Source of the DNA: Paramecium tetraurelia | Lineage: Eukaryota | Direction of reading: 5' to 3' | NCBI GenBank assembly: GCA_000165425.1 | Contig: CT868263.1 | Span: 434,001 to 498,000, forward strand | Length of the DNA: 64,000 bases | Shown: positions 39,991 to 52,469 of the stretch, one piece after another | How positions within the stretch are numbered: position 1 is the stretch's first letter | Layout: every line of letters begins with the position of its first letter | Notes under the pieces: generated by a model | What the model was told of the DNA's origin: nothing | Databases searched by the model: none | Seen by the model: the letters and a program-made list of their open reading frames with translations, nothing else | Position numbers and translations under genes: made by a program

Positions 39991-42900
39991 ATGGCTTCTT
40001 TCAGACCGTTACCTGTAATCAATAAATTTTAATATTAAAGATTCACCCACCAAGAATTTAGTTGTAACCTGGAGCACCTTAATTTGCAACAGTAATCATT
40101 GAAACCCCTCCAAGAAAATAACCTGAACCTATCCAAATAGAGTTTGATGAAGGATTGATTACTAGAATGTAGGAAGAAATCGATGTGTGGAGAAATAAAT
40201 TCTTTTAATTGGAATTATAGTTTTAAATTAATGCTGGAGAATTAAAGAAGGTAAGAATTTGATATAGTATTTAGATTGACTATTTAGAAGGGCGAATAAA
40301 AGTGCTTTAAGACGCAGTAAAGCAGTTAAATATAGAAAATAGATCATAAATAAACTAAAATGAAATTTTAAGAGTGAAATGTGACGAACTTGAATTAGAA
40401 AATTAGGATCTCAAAATGGCAAGATTAGAAAACAAACGCCTGAGAGAATTATTAGATGGGGCACATGATGAGCTCTCATAGGTATTATAGTTTTATTATC
40501 TTTTAGGCTAAATAAACCATTGCTAATTATGAAGATTAATTAGCTGATTTAGCAATTAAGGATTAAGTCATCAAAGAACAAAAAGATAAAATTAATCAAT
40601 TGTTAGTGGAAATTGAGTTTTGGAAAAAGAGATACTAACAATTGGATACTGATAGAATCAAAGGGATTGAAGAATTTAAGAAGAGCAGTGAGACATTAAG
40701 AAATTCACAATTTAACGAATTGAGAAGAAGTGGATCTATGCAAGCTTAAGGATACTAAAATGAATTAAAAAACCTAAGAGTTCAATTAGAAAGATTATAA
40801 TAAGAAAACAACGAGTTAAAGGACAATATTCATTAATTAGAAAGCTCTAAAAATGGATAAAATTCTCAATTCAAAGAAGTAAATACAAAACTTGAAAGTT
40901 CTACAAAAGAAATCAAAAGATTAAATGATATCCTACTTTAAAGAGGTTAATAAAATAAACAATTGGAATTGAGAATTAAAGAGCTTGAAAGATAAGTTAG
41001 TGAAAAAAATATCTTAAAAGAAGAAATTGATAAACTGAAATAACAATTAAATGATAAAAATAAATAATTGTAAGAGTAACACAATCAAATAACCTAATTG
41101 AATAATAGAATAGCAGAGTTAGAGCGACTCCTCTAAGAATCTAAATAATATAAAGAAAAAATACAATAATTATAAACAGAAATTGCATAATTGAAAGCAA
41201 TTATCTAAGGCAAGGATGAGGAAATTGCAATCTTGAAATAGAAGATCGAAAATCTGACTGATCAACTCAAAGAAATTGATAAAATCATTTAGGAAAAATA
41301 TGCTTTGGAAAATAAGGTGGCTATGCTTGCAACTGAAATTGAAAGAAAGGCAGCATAATTGAAAAACAAGGAGAAGACTATTGATGAATTAAGAGAAAAT
41401 TTGGATTAAAATAATCATACACTTGCAGAAGTTGAATAACTTCAATAAGATATAGATGGATTACATCTTGAACTTAAAGGAAAAGATGATTTAATTAAAG
41501 AACTTGATCAAAAATATCATGAGGCACTTAAATATTAAGAATAAGTTTCTTAATTAGAGACTTAAGTCTTCGATTTATAAGGTAAAGTTGCTATGTTGTC
41601 ATCTGAAATTGAAAGATAAAGAATAAAATTGGACAAATACAAAAAGGACTATGATGGCTAGTAAGTTAAAATAAATGATTTGAATGACATGAAGTTTGAC
41701 TTCGATTCTATGTAAGACGCATTGTAGAGGTATAAAGCATAAGAAGACTAATAATAACAGGAATACGATAGTTGGAGAGATATCTTAAAAAAGGCTGATC
41801 TCGAATCTTCAGAACTATAAAAGACTTAAGAGACCTTGTCTAGTGAAAAACAGATTGCCTAAGATTAATATGAAAAACTTACCGAATAAATTAAGGAATT
41901 GAATAAATTGCTTTAAGAAGAAAGGGCTAAAATTGAAGGTTTACATAAAGAAATTGAGAAATATTAAGATTTAGAGAATAAAGTTTATGAAATGTAAAAT
42001 AAAACAGCTATGCTTTCAGCTGAAATTGAAAGAAGAAGTGTGAAAGAGAAGACAAAATAATAATAATTTGATGAACTTTCACAACTTTCAAAGCAATAAC
42101 AAGAGGATTTAGAAAAAATGGCTTAAATCGAATAAGAAAATGAAACCTTAAATGAATCAATAAAAAAAACACAGGATGAGATTGCATAAATGCAAAAATT
42201 ATAAGATGAAACATAAGAAAAATTAGAAAAAGTCTTATCCGAGAGAGGAAATTTAGAAAATAAAGTGGCTATGTTGTCAACTGAAATTGAGAGATAATCT
42301 TATAGATTAAAAAATAAAACAGAGGAATGCTCATAATTGAACGAAAAGAATTAAGAATTACAAGGTGAAATATTGAAACTTTAGGATTTACCTGCTGAGG
42401 TTGAGGAATTGAGTTAATAGGTAGAAGAACTAAGACATTCATTAAATGAGGCTGATTTGAAATAAGTTAAATTAACCTAAGATTTAGATGCTGTTGCTCA
42501 TGAAAAAGCATAAATTGAGGCTGAAATTTAGAAACACTAAGATGAAATTAAATTATAATAACAATTGACTGAGGAAGCCAAAAAACAATTAGCTAATTTC
42601 ACAGAGAAATTCAAGAGTGTAGAAGAAGAAAATAGTTCACTAAGAGCATTGGAATCAAAATTGTCAGAATATCAAATGAAAACAGCTTTATTGGCATCTT
42701 AAATTGAAGCCTAAAATAAGAAGTATTAAGGCAAGCTTGATGAGATGTCTGCTTTACAATAAAATTTTGATGATCTCAAAGCTCATTAATTAGATGTAGA
42801 AGATATCTAAGGAGAATTAGAAAGAACTTTAACTATCTTAAATGAAAAGGATAAAGAGCATGGTTTATATGATAAGAAAATATAAGAATTGGAAGCTTAA

Positions 42901-43186
42901 ATTAAATAATTAGAAGATGTGAAAGTATTTTGTAAATTAATAATGTTAGTATTAACTTGAAAGCAAAATGGCTATGGTCAGCAGTGAAGTTGAAAGAGTT
43001 AAATATAAATACGAAAAATTATAGAAGGAATATGAAGAAAATCACTAAAGATTATTAGAAGCTGAAGAAGAGTTAATATAAAATAGTAAAGAGGTTCAAG
43101 CTTTAGAGGATGTAAATATTATTTATTATTTCAAGGAATTACATCATACCTAATAAGAGTTAGCTCAATCTAGAAAATAAGGGTGA
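39991..43186 (+). CDS. Long coiled-coil repeat protein (~1,020 aa; probable cortical cytoskeleton)
   Basis: Pro-rich head, then continuous E/K/Q/L heptads with six copies of K(V/T/M)A(M/L)(L/V)xx(E/Q)(I/V)E; five micro-introns. Confidence 0.85.
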
Positions 43187-43230
43187 ATAAGAGAATGAAA
43201 ATTATCAATAATACAAATATAATAATAACA

Positions 43231-44796
43231 TCAATTAAAGATTGTATTAATTTGATAAAAGATTGGAATACTCTTATCTTAATCTTCTATTTATTTCTTC
43301 AAGTGATGCATATGAGATAAAATAGTAAAATCTTCATCTGATAACATTTCAACTTACTTTAATGGCTCAATGGTTTCTGGTTGATTTTTGTTATTTTAAG
43401 GAACAGTAATTTCATTCTTCTCATCTTTACTTTTTTCAGATGATTTCAAAAATACTTTTGGGGCATTAATTGATCCTTCATTGAAATCAATTTAATACGA
43501 TTGATTTAAGATATTATTATTCCCTAGCCGTATACCTACAAAATGACTCTGTCTAAAAGCTTATTTTGATTGAATAGATTATAAAATAAATTAAATCCTT
43601 GAGACTTCATATATTTAATTAAGTAGAGTTAATTTTTCTTTTGTAAAATCCTTTAATTGTTCATAAAACCTTATAAAAGAAGCTGTATCTAGTATTTACT
43701 TACCATTCTTGGAAGCACTAGTTATTTAACCAAAAAGGTTACTTTGAAATTAAATTTACTACAGTTCTGGGTAATAATAAGTAATTATTGTCTTTAATAG
43801 TGTATCTTCTAAAATTTTTGAGTTTACTTAGATGACTATCAATTTTAGCATCATAAGAGTGGACATGATAGAACCTACATCTGCAAGAATCTCACCTAAT
43901 TTAGGATAGATAATTTATTGGGTTTCAGACAAACTATCTATTCCAATCAAGAACACTCCAAGATATTTATTTCCAAAACTTTATTGAAAGTTACTCTAAG
44001 GTAATTATTATGATGTGGTTTGAAAATCACTAATAAGTTTTTAATTCTTGATTGATTCTAAAAAGAAACCTGTATCAGTAATTGATGTTGTTATTTTGAA
44101 TAATAATTAAGTGTACAAAGCAGTTTCTCTATCCAAAATAAAGTAGATTTATTTAGAAATCATTTCAAAATCTTTCAATTTTGTGTTGTATTACTGCATC
44201 TATATGGTTAAGAAAAATGTGTTTAAAGGCTGTTTGAAAAATTCTTCTTGTTTTTCCTAATTTGCACAATTATCATATTGAGAACTGTCACATTATTCAA
44301 ATAAGATCATCAACTGCCTTTAACTTTTAGGAGTGTCTTGGCTCAAACCTTATTGATTAAGAACCAAAGTTATATCTTGAGGAGTAATGGAAGTTGAAAT
44401 TCCACTTCTTGTAGGAGGTACTCCAGAATCTAACATTAATTACTTTTTAGAAATCACAATGTCATCAACATAGGAAAAATAAGGTGTAATGATATTTTCA
44501 GTTTTGGAAAAAGGATCAATAAATTTATCTCCACTCATTCCTACAACTTAAAAAATAATCGGATTATATTCAAAAGATACGTCAGCATAATTTTGTGTTG
44601 TCTTTTGAATTGAAACTCTTGGTAAAATATCTCCATTTAACCAAAGAAACAATTTATAAAATAAATACACCATACTCAAGGTATACAATAAAAGAGATGT
44701 TATTCCGCCAAATACACTTTTAAATTGTTTTTCATTCTTAAATATCTCTTATTAATAAGACACTCCAAATTAATCAAACCTCTTCAAAAAGTTCAT
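43231..44796 (-). CDS. Two-TM protein with a large loop (ciliate-expanded family)
   Basis: MNFLKRFDQFG...KSVFGGITSLLLYTLSMVYF (TM1) and YPKLGEILADVGSIM (TM2); intronless, 1566 nt. Confidence 0.8.
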
Positions 44797-45086
44797 TTCC
44801 CTAGATTATTAAAATAATTTTTATTATAGTTATAGATTTTATATTTTAGTATAAATCATTTAATTGTATCTACTAAAAATAAAGAATCCCACTTATCACA
44901 CATTTAGCTCATAAAACTTACTCAAATTTCATGTATCAAAAATGAAGTATCCACTCAAGATCACCAAAGTCATTAATATTTTGGTTATTCGAGAATATAA
45001 AGTCAACGTTAATATTTATAAATAAAAAGAAGAGTTTTTCTAGAATATTAGAGAATATTAGCTTTGTTAATTAAAATATCATAAAA

Positions 45087-47590
45087 ATGGATGAAAAGGA
45101 ATTTTAGAATAGAACATGCTAATAGCATTCACATCAAATAATTGCAGTGGATTTAAAATTGGCAAATACATAAAATGAAAAATATTTATGTGGCAAATGT
45201 TTGATTCTGAGGATAGAAGGGCAACAAATTCTATTACTTACCGAGTTAATTGAAATGATCAAATAGATGAAGAATGATTAGAAGAAGCAGTTCATGGAAA
45301 ATAATTAGACCTAATTGAGTTATATGAAATAACTATAATAATCATTGAAAGAATGCAATCAACATGTTAAAGAAAAAATAGAATAAACACAAAATAATAT
45401 TGAAATTCAGATTTAAGATAGTAATAAGGACATAAAAACAAAGGAGGAAGATTAAGAAGAAGTTGATCTGGATAAAGATATTGAATCCGTATCATACTAT
45501 TACAATTCTAATAAAGAATATGAATTACCTTAAAGAGAATAAAACATTAATGCTATTTCATAATTAATAGAAAATGTATAAAATCAAATTGGTTCTATTT
45601 CAAACGCTTTTCAATACTAAAAGATTTTAGAATCATTATAAAATATCAAAACTCAATTCCAAATTGAAATGCCATCTGATAAGGACATCAAGGTAAAATT
45701 GAATGAATATTTAGATTTGTGAACAACATGGCTTAGAAATTATTATGGTCAATTTAGAATAAGGCCAATAAGAACACAAAAGGATAGCATGTTCAAAATG
45801 TATATAAGAGTTTTCTCAGAAATATACTACCCTTGATGATGCAGATGAAAATTGGACAAATTTTAAAATAAACTCCAAATAAATGATATCAAAGTATAGC
45901 AAGAATAGGGAGTCTAAATTTAATTAAGCTGTTACATTTATTACAAATTTAAGAGACAAATATTAAGGAACATTGACTGCAATCATTAATGATTTGGAAA
46001 CTAACAGAGTAATCACAGAAAAACAATTGTCGCCTTTTCCATTATATTAGAAGAATATTTATTAATTAGACTAAAATCAATTACAAGAAATATTGGAAGC
46101 TCTGAGTTAAAAAGATCTATACAGACCATTAAAATTAAAGTTAGCACAATAAGATTAATTAGATTCAATCTTTTATCATAAGCTTAAAGAAACATTAGAA
46201 AATCTTGTAAAATACGATCTCCTAACTAAGGAGTAAATAATAATGATAGAAAAGAATTATGAAGGTATACTAAATTAAATATTTAGACTTTTTAATACTA
46301 AATGAAGATGAAAAATAGAACGTCTCTAATTGCAATGAAATTAAATAATTTTTGGAAAATACATCTTTGCTTTAATCCTATATGGCTATTGTTGAAGAAT
46401 CAATTTAACTATATAACAATTTGTAAAATTAGGTTGATAGCTTAAAGGAAAAAGGAGAATTGACCAAATTATTGAATTAGAAATAACCCAGAAAGTCAAT
46501 TAGGAAGGGTGAACAAACGGATCAAATTAAATAGTCGGATTTAGAATCACTATTTTAAAGATAATATTCATAATTTAATTAAATTTCAAAGAAGTACAAG
46601 GAATTGTTGATTTTATACAAAGATGAAAATTTAATCTCATAATTATAAGGAAGTTTGAAAAAAGAAATAAATGTTTAAAACTAATTAAAAGAGAAAATAT
46701 AATAATTAGAAAATCAAATTTAAAATCTTAAGTAGGATTTTGAAAAACAGAAGTAATAATTAGAACAGTCTTTAGCTCAAAATAATGAATCAGAAAAACA
46801 ATTATAAGCAAAGCTTGAATAAGAAACCTAAAAGCTAGAGCATCAAAAAAAGAAATCTGAAGAATAAGACTAAAAATTCATTTAATAAATTGAATTATTA
46901 AATAAAACAATAACTGATGTTAATGCATAGATTAAAAATAGTTTGCAATCCAAAGATCAATAAATAAGTTCAATTTAATCACAACTTTAAAATTCTCAAA
47001 ATTCATTAAATAAGTTATAATAAACTTATAATGAAGTTATTAAAGAAACGAAAGCTAAGCCTAGTGTACTATAAGATGCTCATTATTAGAAGATATTATA
47101 AACTATAGAAGAAAAATCAAAATAAGTTATTAAATGCTCAATTCCTGTCTATTGTGGGTCTAAGGATGGATTAAACCATACCTCATTTTGGAATAAAGTA
47201 TATGGCAGAAAGAATTTATTAATGGTTTTTAAATCAAACACAAATTATGTTTGTGGGGCGTTTTCCCCATGTTAATGGTTGTAGCACATAGGTAATTATG
47301 TTTTAGATGACACATTACAGTCGTTCTTATTTTCCTAAAATCATAATTAGATTTATCCTTTAAAAGCAGCTAATAAAGCGTATGCAATCTATTGTAATTC
47401 ATCATACGGGCCTACTTTTGGTTCTGCGCACGATTTATATATACCTTCAAATTTTAATAGTGCTACCTCAAATTTAGGTTCAGCATATTAGTGTGATTAA
47501 TATGGGAGCATTACAACCTCAACCCATTTGTTTGGTCAATCAAGTGTTTAAATAACTGAATGCGAAATATTCGAAATAGTATTTAAATGA
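45087..47590 (+). CDS. TLDc-domain protein with two N-terminal Cys/His zinc modules and a coiled coil
   Basis: CQQH...LCGKC and CEQH...ACSKC modules. C-terminal TLDc: YCGSKDG...FW...LMVFKS...GAFSPCQW...SFLFS...YGPTFG..HDLYI...CEIFEI. Confidence 0.85.
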
Positions 47591-47987
47591 ATTTATCTTG
47601 TTAAAATTATGTAATATATTCAACATTATGTCTAGAAATCTTCATTATTTAACATTAAATTAAGAAAAAAAATAAATTTTATTTAATATATTTAACAAAA
47701 GAACAATTTAATTTTGATTATATTTTTATTTTATATTGAGAATATTATTCTTACTTAATGGCAATATTCATTCAATTATTGCAGTATTCTAAGGTTCTAG
47801 CAAGTTAATGTGCAATAAAATTAGTTATACTATATCTACTATTCTCATAAAATACTGAGCAATCATTATTAAATGTTAGATATCAATCTTGTTCATATTT
47901 CAATCAATTAATCTTTGCAATAAATTTTTTAGAATTTTGATTTGAGAAAGATTTTTGATTACATGATTTTTGAATAAAATTTATAGT

Positions 47988-49572
47988 ATGTAATCATAAC
48001 ATGCTTAGAGTATTTCTACTGGATATCTCCTCCAAAAAAACTATATAAATAAACTTTATACGCTTTCAGATAGTGTCTGTTAATAAAGAAAGATTGTTAT
48101 TCCAAAACAAATTAGTTTAGATAAGGAATAATTATATGAGGAGTTAATTCGAGAAAAATAACATCACAAGGCTTTGTAAAATGAAATAAACAAACTAAAA
48201 GCTAGACTATAATGTTATGAAAAAGATTTAGTTATTTAAGGCGAGGTGGATTATAAAAGGGAATTAAAATAAGCATTAATAAGACTGAAAAATAAAGAAG
48301 AAGAAGTTATTGAATTGACGTAGAGCACTAATTATAAAAAATTTATAGAGTTGGAGAGAACTATATAATCATTAAAATATGAATTAGAAAAATATTATGT
48401 ATATGAAAAGTTTTAAGGAAGCACTGAGTCAATAATTAATGATAATATTGAATTATTCTAAAAATTATAATAATCCGCTTAACAAATCAAGGAATTAGAA
48501 AAAATTAAAATAGAGTATTTCTCAATAGCTAGAAAGCATTAATAGTTGTAACTTGTATTATAAGCAAAAGATTAATAATTATAAAAATTTAGAGAGAGAG
48601 ATCATTTAAGTGAAATGAATGTAAAGCATTCTAATAAAAACGAATTTTAATTAAGGGAAGAGTTAATAACAAAGGATGAAGAAATATCTCATCTCAAAAC
48701 CTAATTGGCAATTGCTAGAAAAACTAATGCGGAAGATAAAGCTCTTATAGATTAGACTCAATAAGAACTTCAATAAAAAATAAATTAGCATGAGTACGAA
48801 AGACAGAATTATAAAGAGAGGATCGAACATTTGTAAAAAGAAATTTAATAATTATCTGAAAAAGCAAGAAATTTTGATAGATATTTGACTGTCAATTAAA
48901 AGAGGAAAACTACCTATGTTGATGATCAACAGTCAAATTCTTAATACACATAAATTTAAGATAGTGATTAAATGGTGAAAAGCATATAAAAGAGCCAAGT
49001 AGAAGACATCGCAACTGAACTCAAATTGACGTTAAGAAAAAACAATATTTCTTTATAAGATGCAGAAAAAGTACTTTCTTAATTTATTGTAGCTATTATT
49101 TAAAGGAAATGAAATATCAATCTAAGAGTTGGAGTAACTATTAGGAAGAGAGCCATTTAAAGTATTAAGTTCAAATATGTTAGCTAGGTATATGATAGAG
49201 GATATTTAAGATAAGTATATCTTTATTACAATTATTAGAGAATTCGAGTATAATCCTGAATTAAAATCTCCTGTCCCTCACGTTAGAAGTGTATTTCGAA
49301 CATTACTGTAACACTATTCAGTGAACTTTGATGATTAAACACTTTAAACAGTATCTAAGGCTTGTTTGTAAATATTCGAGTTTTGCACGAGAAAAAACAT
49401 TTCAAAACTATACTAATAAGAATTGCTGGATTGCATTTCATAATTAGACTTACAATGGAATTCAAAATGCTTTGATTGTTTTCAGCAATTATATTTTAAT
49501 AAATTTAAAGGATTCCTGCAATTTGATATCCAAAATATAAAAAAATTGTTTGAAGAATTTGAGATTTAGTGA
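47988..49572 (+). CDS. Coiled-coil protein with a degenerate EF-hand-like C-terminal region
   Basis: LDKEQLYEELI... heptads; C-terminus IATELKLTLRK...ISIQELEQLLGREPF...LARYMIED; two micro-introns. Confidence 0.7.
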
Positions 49573-50233
49573 TTTTCGTTATTAATATTATATAATAATT
49601 TTATAATTTAATTTATATTCATTATTAAAATTGGTTTTAAAATTCTTTAATTGCTTATAAAATTGTATTATTTATAAAATAGCACATTTATAAAAATGGA
49701 TACATTATATTCCTCATTCTTGTAAAATGTGAAATATATGATGTATTAATAATTGAATCTAAAAATACTATCTATACAAAACAGTACACTCTTACTCTTT
49801 GTTATTGGTTACTCTTTTAAATTAAATATAAAATAGCAATTAATTTATTATAAGTTTAACTTTATTTTATAAGAAAATAAAGCATTAAAGTTAAAATTTC
49901 GCTTATCAGTTAATAAATTCTCTTTTATTTAGTAATGATTTTAAAATTAGATAATAAATAAGGCTTTGTGAGAAAAAGAAATGCATAAAAATATAAAAAT
50001 TAATATATTTATTTTCTCATTCGAATTGATTTCGTAATAAAAATTATTAAATAATTTTACTCATCTAAAAGTAAATCAAAATCGAACATAATTCTTTATA
50101 TATATTTATTCAATATATTTATGATGCTTAGTATGTCTAAGAGTGCTGCAAAAATGGATTTTATAATTTTACCAAGCCAAAAATATTTTGTTTAAATTGA
50201 TGAAAATATATACAACTATGAATTCAAAATTGT

Positions 50234-50763
50234 TCACTCATTCACTTCATTTGATGAAGTTGTATTCTTTTATAAAACTTCCTCATTAGAACACTTGCAT
50301 CTACATTATTTAAAGATTATACTTTTTATATTACACTTCTTTAATGTCCAACATTGAAAGAAACACTTTCTTCTTCTATGGTTTATTTTGGTCATTCACT
50401 TGCTCCAATTATTTTTTAGGAGCTCTAATAATTTTTTTTTTCACAGGAATGCTGGCTTTTGCTTAAATCAAGGGAGTATCCTCATTTTTTGAAAGTTAAG
50501 AGTATAGAAATTCGGCTTAATTTGGTAATTAGTTATTGGCTGATTAGTAAAGTGAATTTTGAAAGGCTTAAGCACTATAATATTATAATCTTATAGTACT
50601 TTAACATTTGATTATACATGAGCATCTACTGTTGGATGTATTACTGCTAAAAATAAAGGTTTTGATGGAAATAGTTAAAGCAATGCATAATTAAATTATA
50701 AGGGTATTATTAAAAGAAAAAGATCTGGTTAACAGAGTTTTATATACAAAAATCATGCGTCAT
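50234..50763 (-). CDS. Possible hypothetical protein
   Basis: TGA-free code-6 frame with a K-rich stretch (IPVKKKIIRAPKKQLEQ...KKKVFLSMLDIKEV) and one candidate intron; the start is uncertain. Confidence 0.35.
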
Positions 50764-50942
50764 ATTGTTACTTACATATGATCTTGCATAATAATAATAA
50801 TTATTTTATCTTTATAATAATTATAATATTTATTTTACTATTAATATTGGAATTAATATTATAAAGAGAAAATTATGAAAATGACAATTAATGCTTGTGT
50901 GGTTTTTATGATTTTTTAAATTAAATTATTTTCTTATTATAA

Positions 50943-52115
50943 TCATATCTTTGCTTTCGTAAATGAGATCTGAATATTTCTTCCATCAACTTCTTCATTG
51001 TGCATTAAAGCCATAATTTCTAATGCCTATTTCAAGCTTTCCATCTTGACTAAACACATAAATTTAAACTATGAATTCAACACTTTGACAGCCTAAATAG
51101 ATCAAAGCAATACTTCCACTACGCCGTATTCAGAGAAGATGTCCCACATTGTTTCTGCATTGGAGGACACCTTTTTAAGATTTGAGATATGAAGAACTTA
51201 ACTTGGAGGTAATAATATCATTTTATTATTTGCATTAAATCTGGATATAAATTTCTGAATACCTATCTGTATCTTCAGAGCCTATGTAATAATCTTGCTC
51301 TCTATAAAGAGTGTCTAGACCGACTAGTTTCTCAATAGAATCATCAGCTGCGAATGTGATTTATAAGTTGCTTTCGAAAAACTGGATATTTTGGCAGTGT
51401 TAATAAACGAAATAAGCCTAATCTTCTTTTAAATATTTCACCAAAGCGAAATTCTTCAGACTACAGTGATGATTAATAACAATATGTTACTTAATTAAAA
51501 TAATTTTATCAATGTTACCAAAATTGCTAAAGATATTGTAAATTTTTAGTGCATCTAAGTCTTTGCCTTGGATGCCATTCAAACAGACTGTTTTTGTTGA
51601 TTAAATGTTTTTTGAAGAGGGAATAAGTTTTTAGCTAATTGGCAGTACAGTTGCGCTTTAAGGTTTTGAATCAGCATCATTTATGACTACAATTCATATA
51701 ACTTTAAAAATTACTTTCATTCAATGAAGTGGAATGCCTATTTTTGAACGTGCTGGATGTCGTATCCTCAATAGTCTCAAAGGATCCAACAGTAAACGAA
51801 CCATGTAATTTGTCTTCTTAATAGTAGGAGCACTTTATAAAATTGGATGATAGCTGATCTAAAGCCTTTTTTGCATTTTTAGCTGCATCTGTATTAGCCA
51901 TCTCAACTAAAACTTTACATTCCATTAATGACCGATTCAAAATTTTAACTTGTAGGACTGGTCCATACCTTGCTTATCAAAAATTAATTTTACTGATTCA
52001 TCAAAGAGCTAAAGTATTCAGGGTTCAGATTTGATGGCGGAGCAGTTAGAGTTAGTAATAAAAAATGTGAATTATGGAGAGATTCTGGCAAATTTGGTGA
52101 AGAGTAGCTAAACAT
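50943..52115 (-). CDS. hnRNP L/PTB-like multi-RRM RNA-binding protein
   Basis: RRM-like YGPVLQVKIL...KVLVEM; IYNIFSNFGNIDKI..FALVKY; PPSQVLHISNL...CLVKMESLKQALEIMALMHN...IQISFTK, matching the PTB/hnRNP L C-terminal RRM pattern. Confidence 0.85.
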
Positions 52116-52469
52116 ATATACTTATTTATTTAATAATTTTCATTTCCAGTTTTTATTTCAAATATTAATATCTTCCAAAGTCGGATCCTTATTTATAGAT
52201 TTATTATTAATAAATTTCTATAGATCAGAGGGAGAGATCAATCATTTTCATAAAAAGTATTAATTAATATCAATGTCCAATATTTAACTGCGATTTTTAA
52301 TTAAAACAATAAAATAGTATGTAGAAATTATTCAATTTTATAAGCAGATATTTAATTGTAGAACAGATTTACCCTTTAAATTTTATATATTGTTATTTTT
52401 TCTAAATTCTCTTGCATCAGAGAACTACTAAAACTAAAAATTAATTTATAAAAATGTTGAATATCTCAT

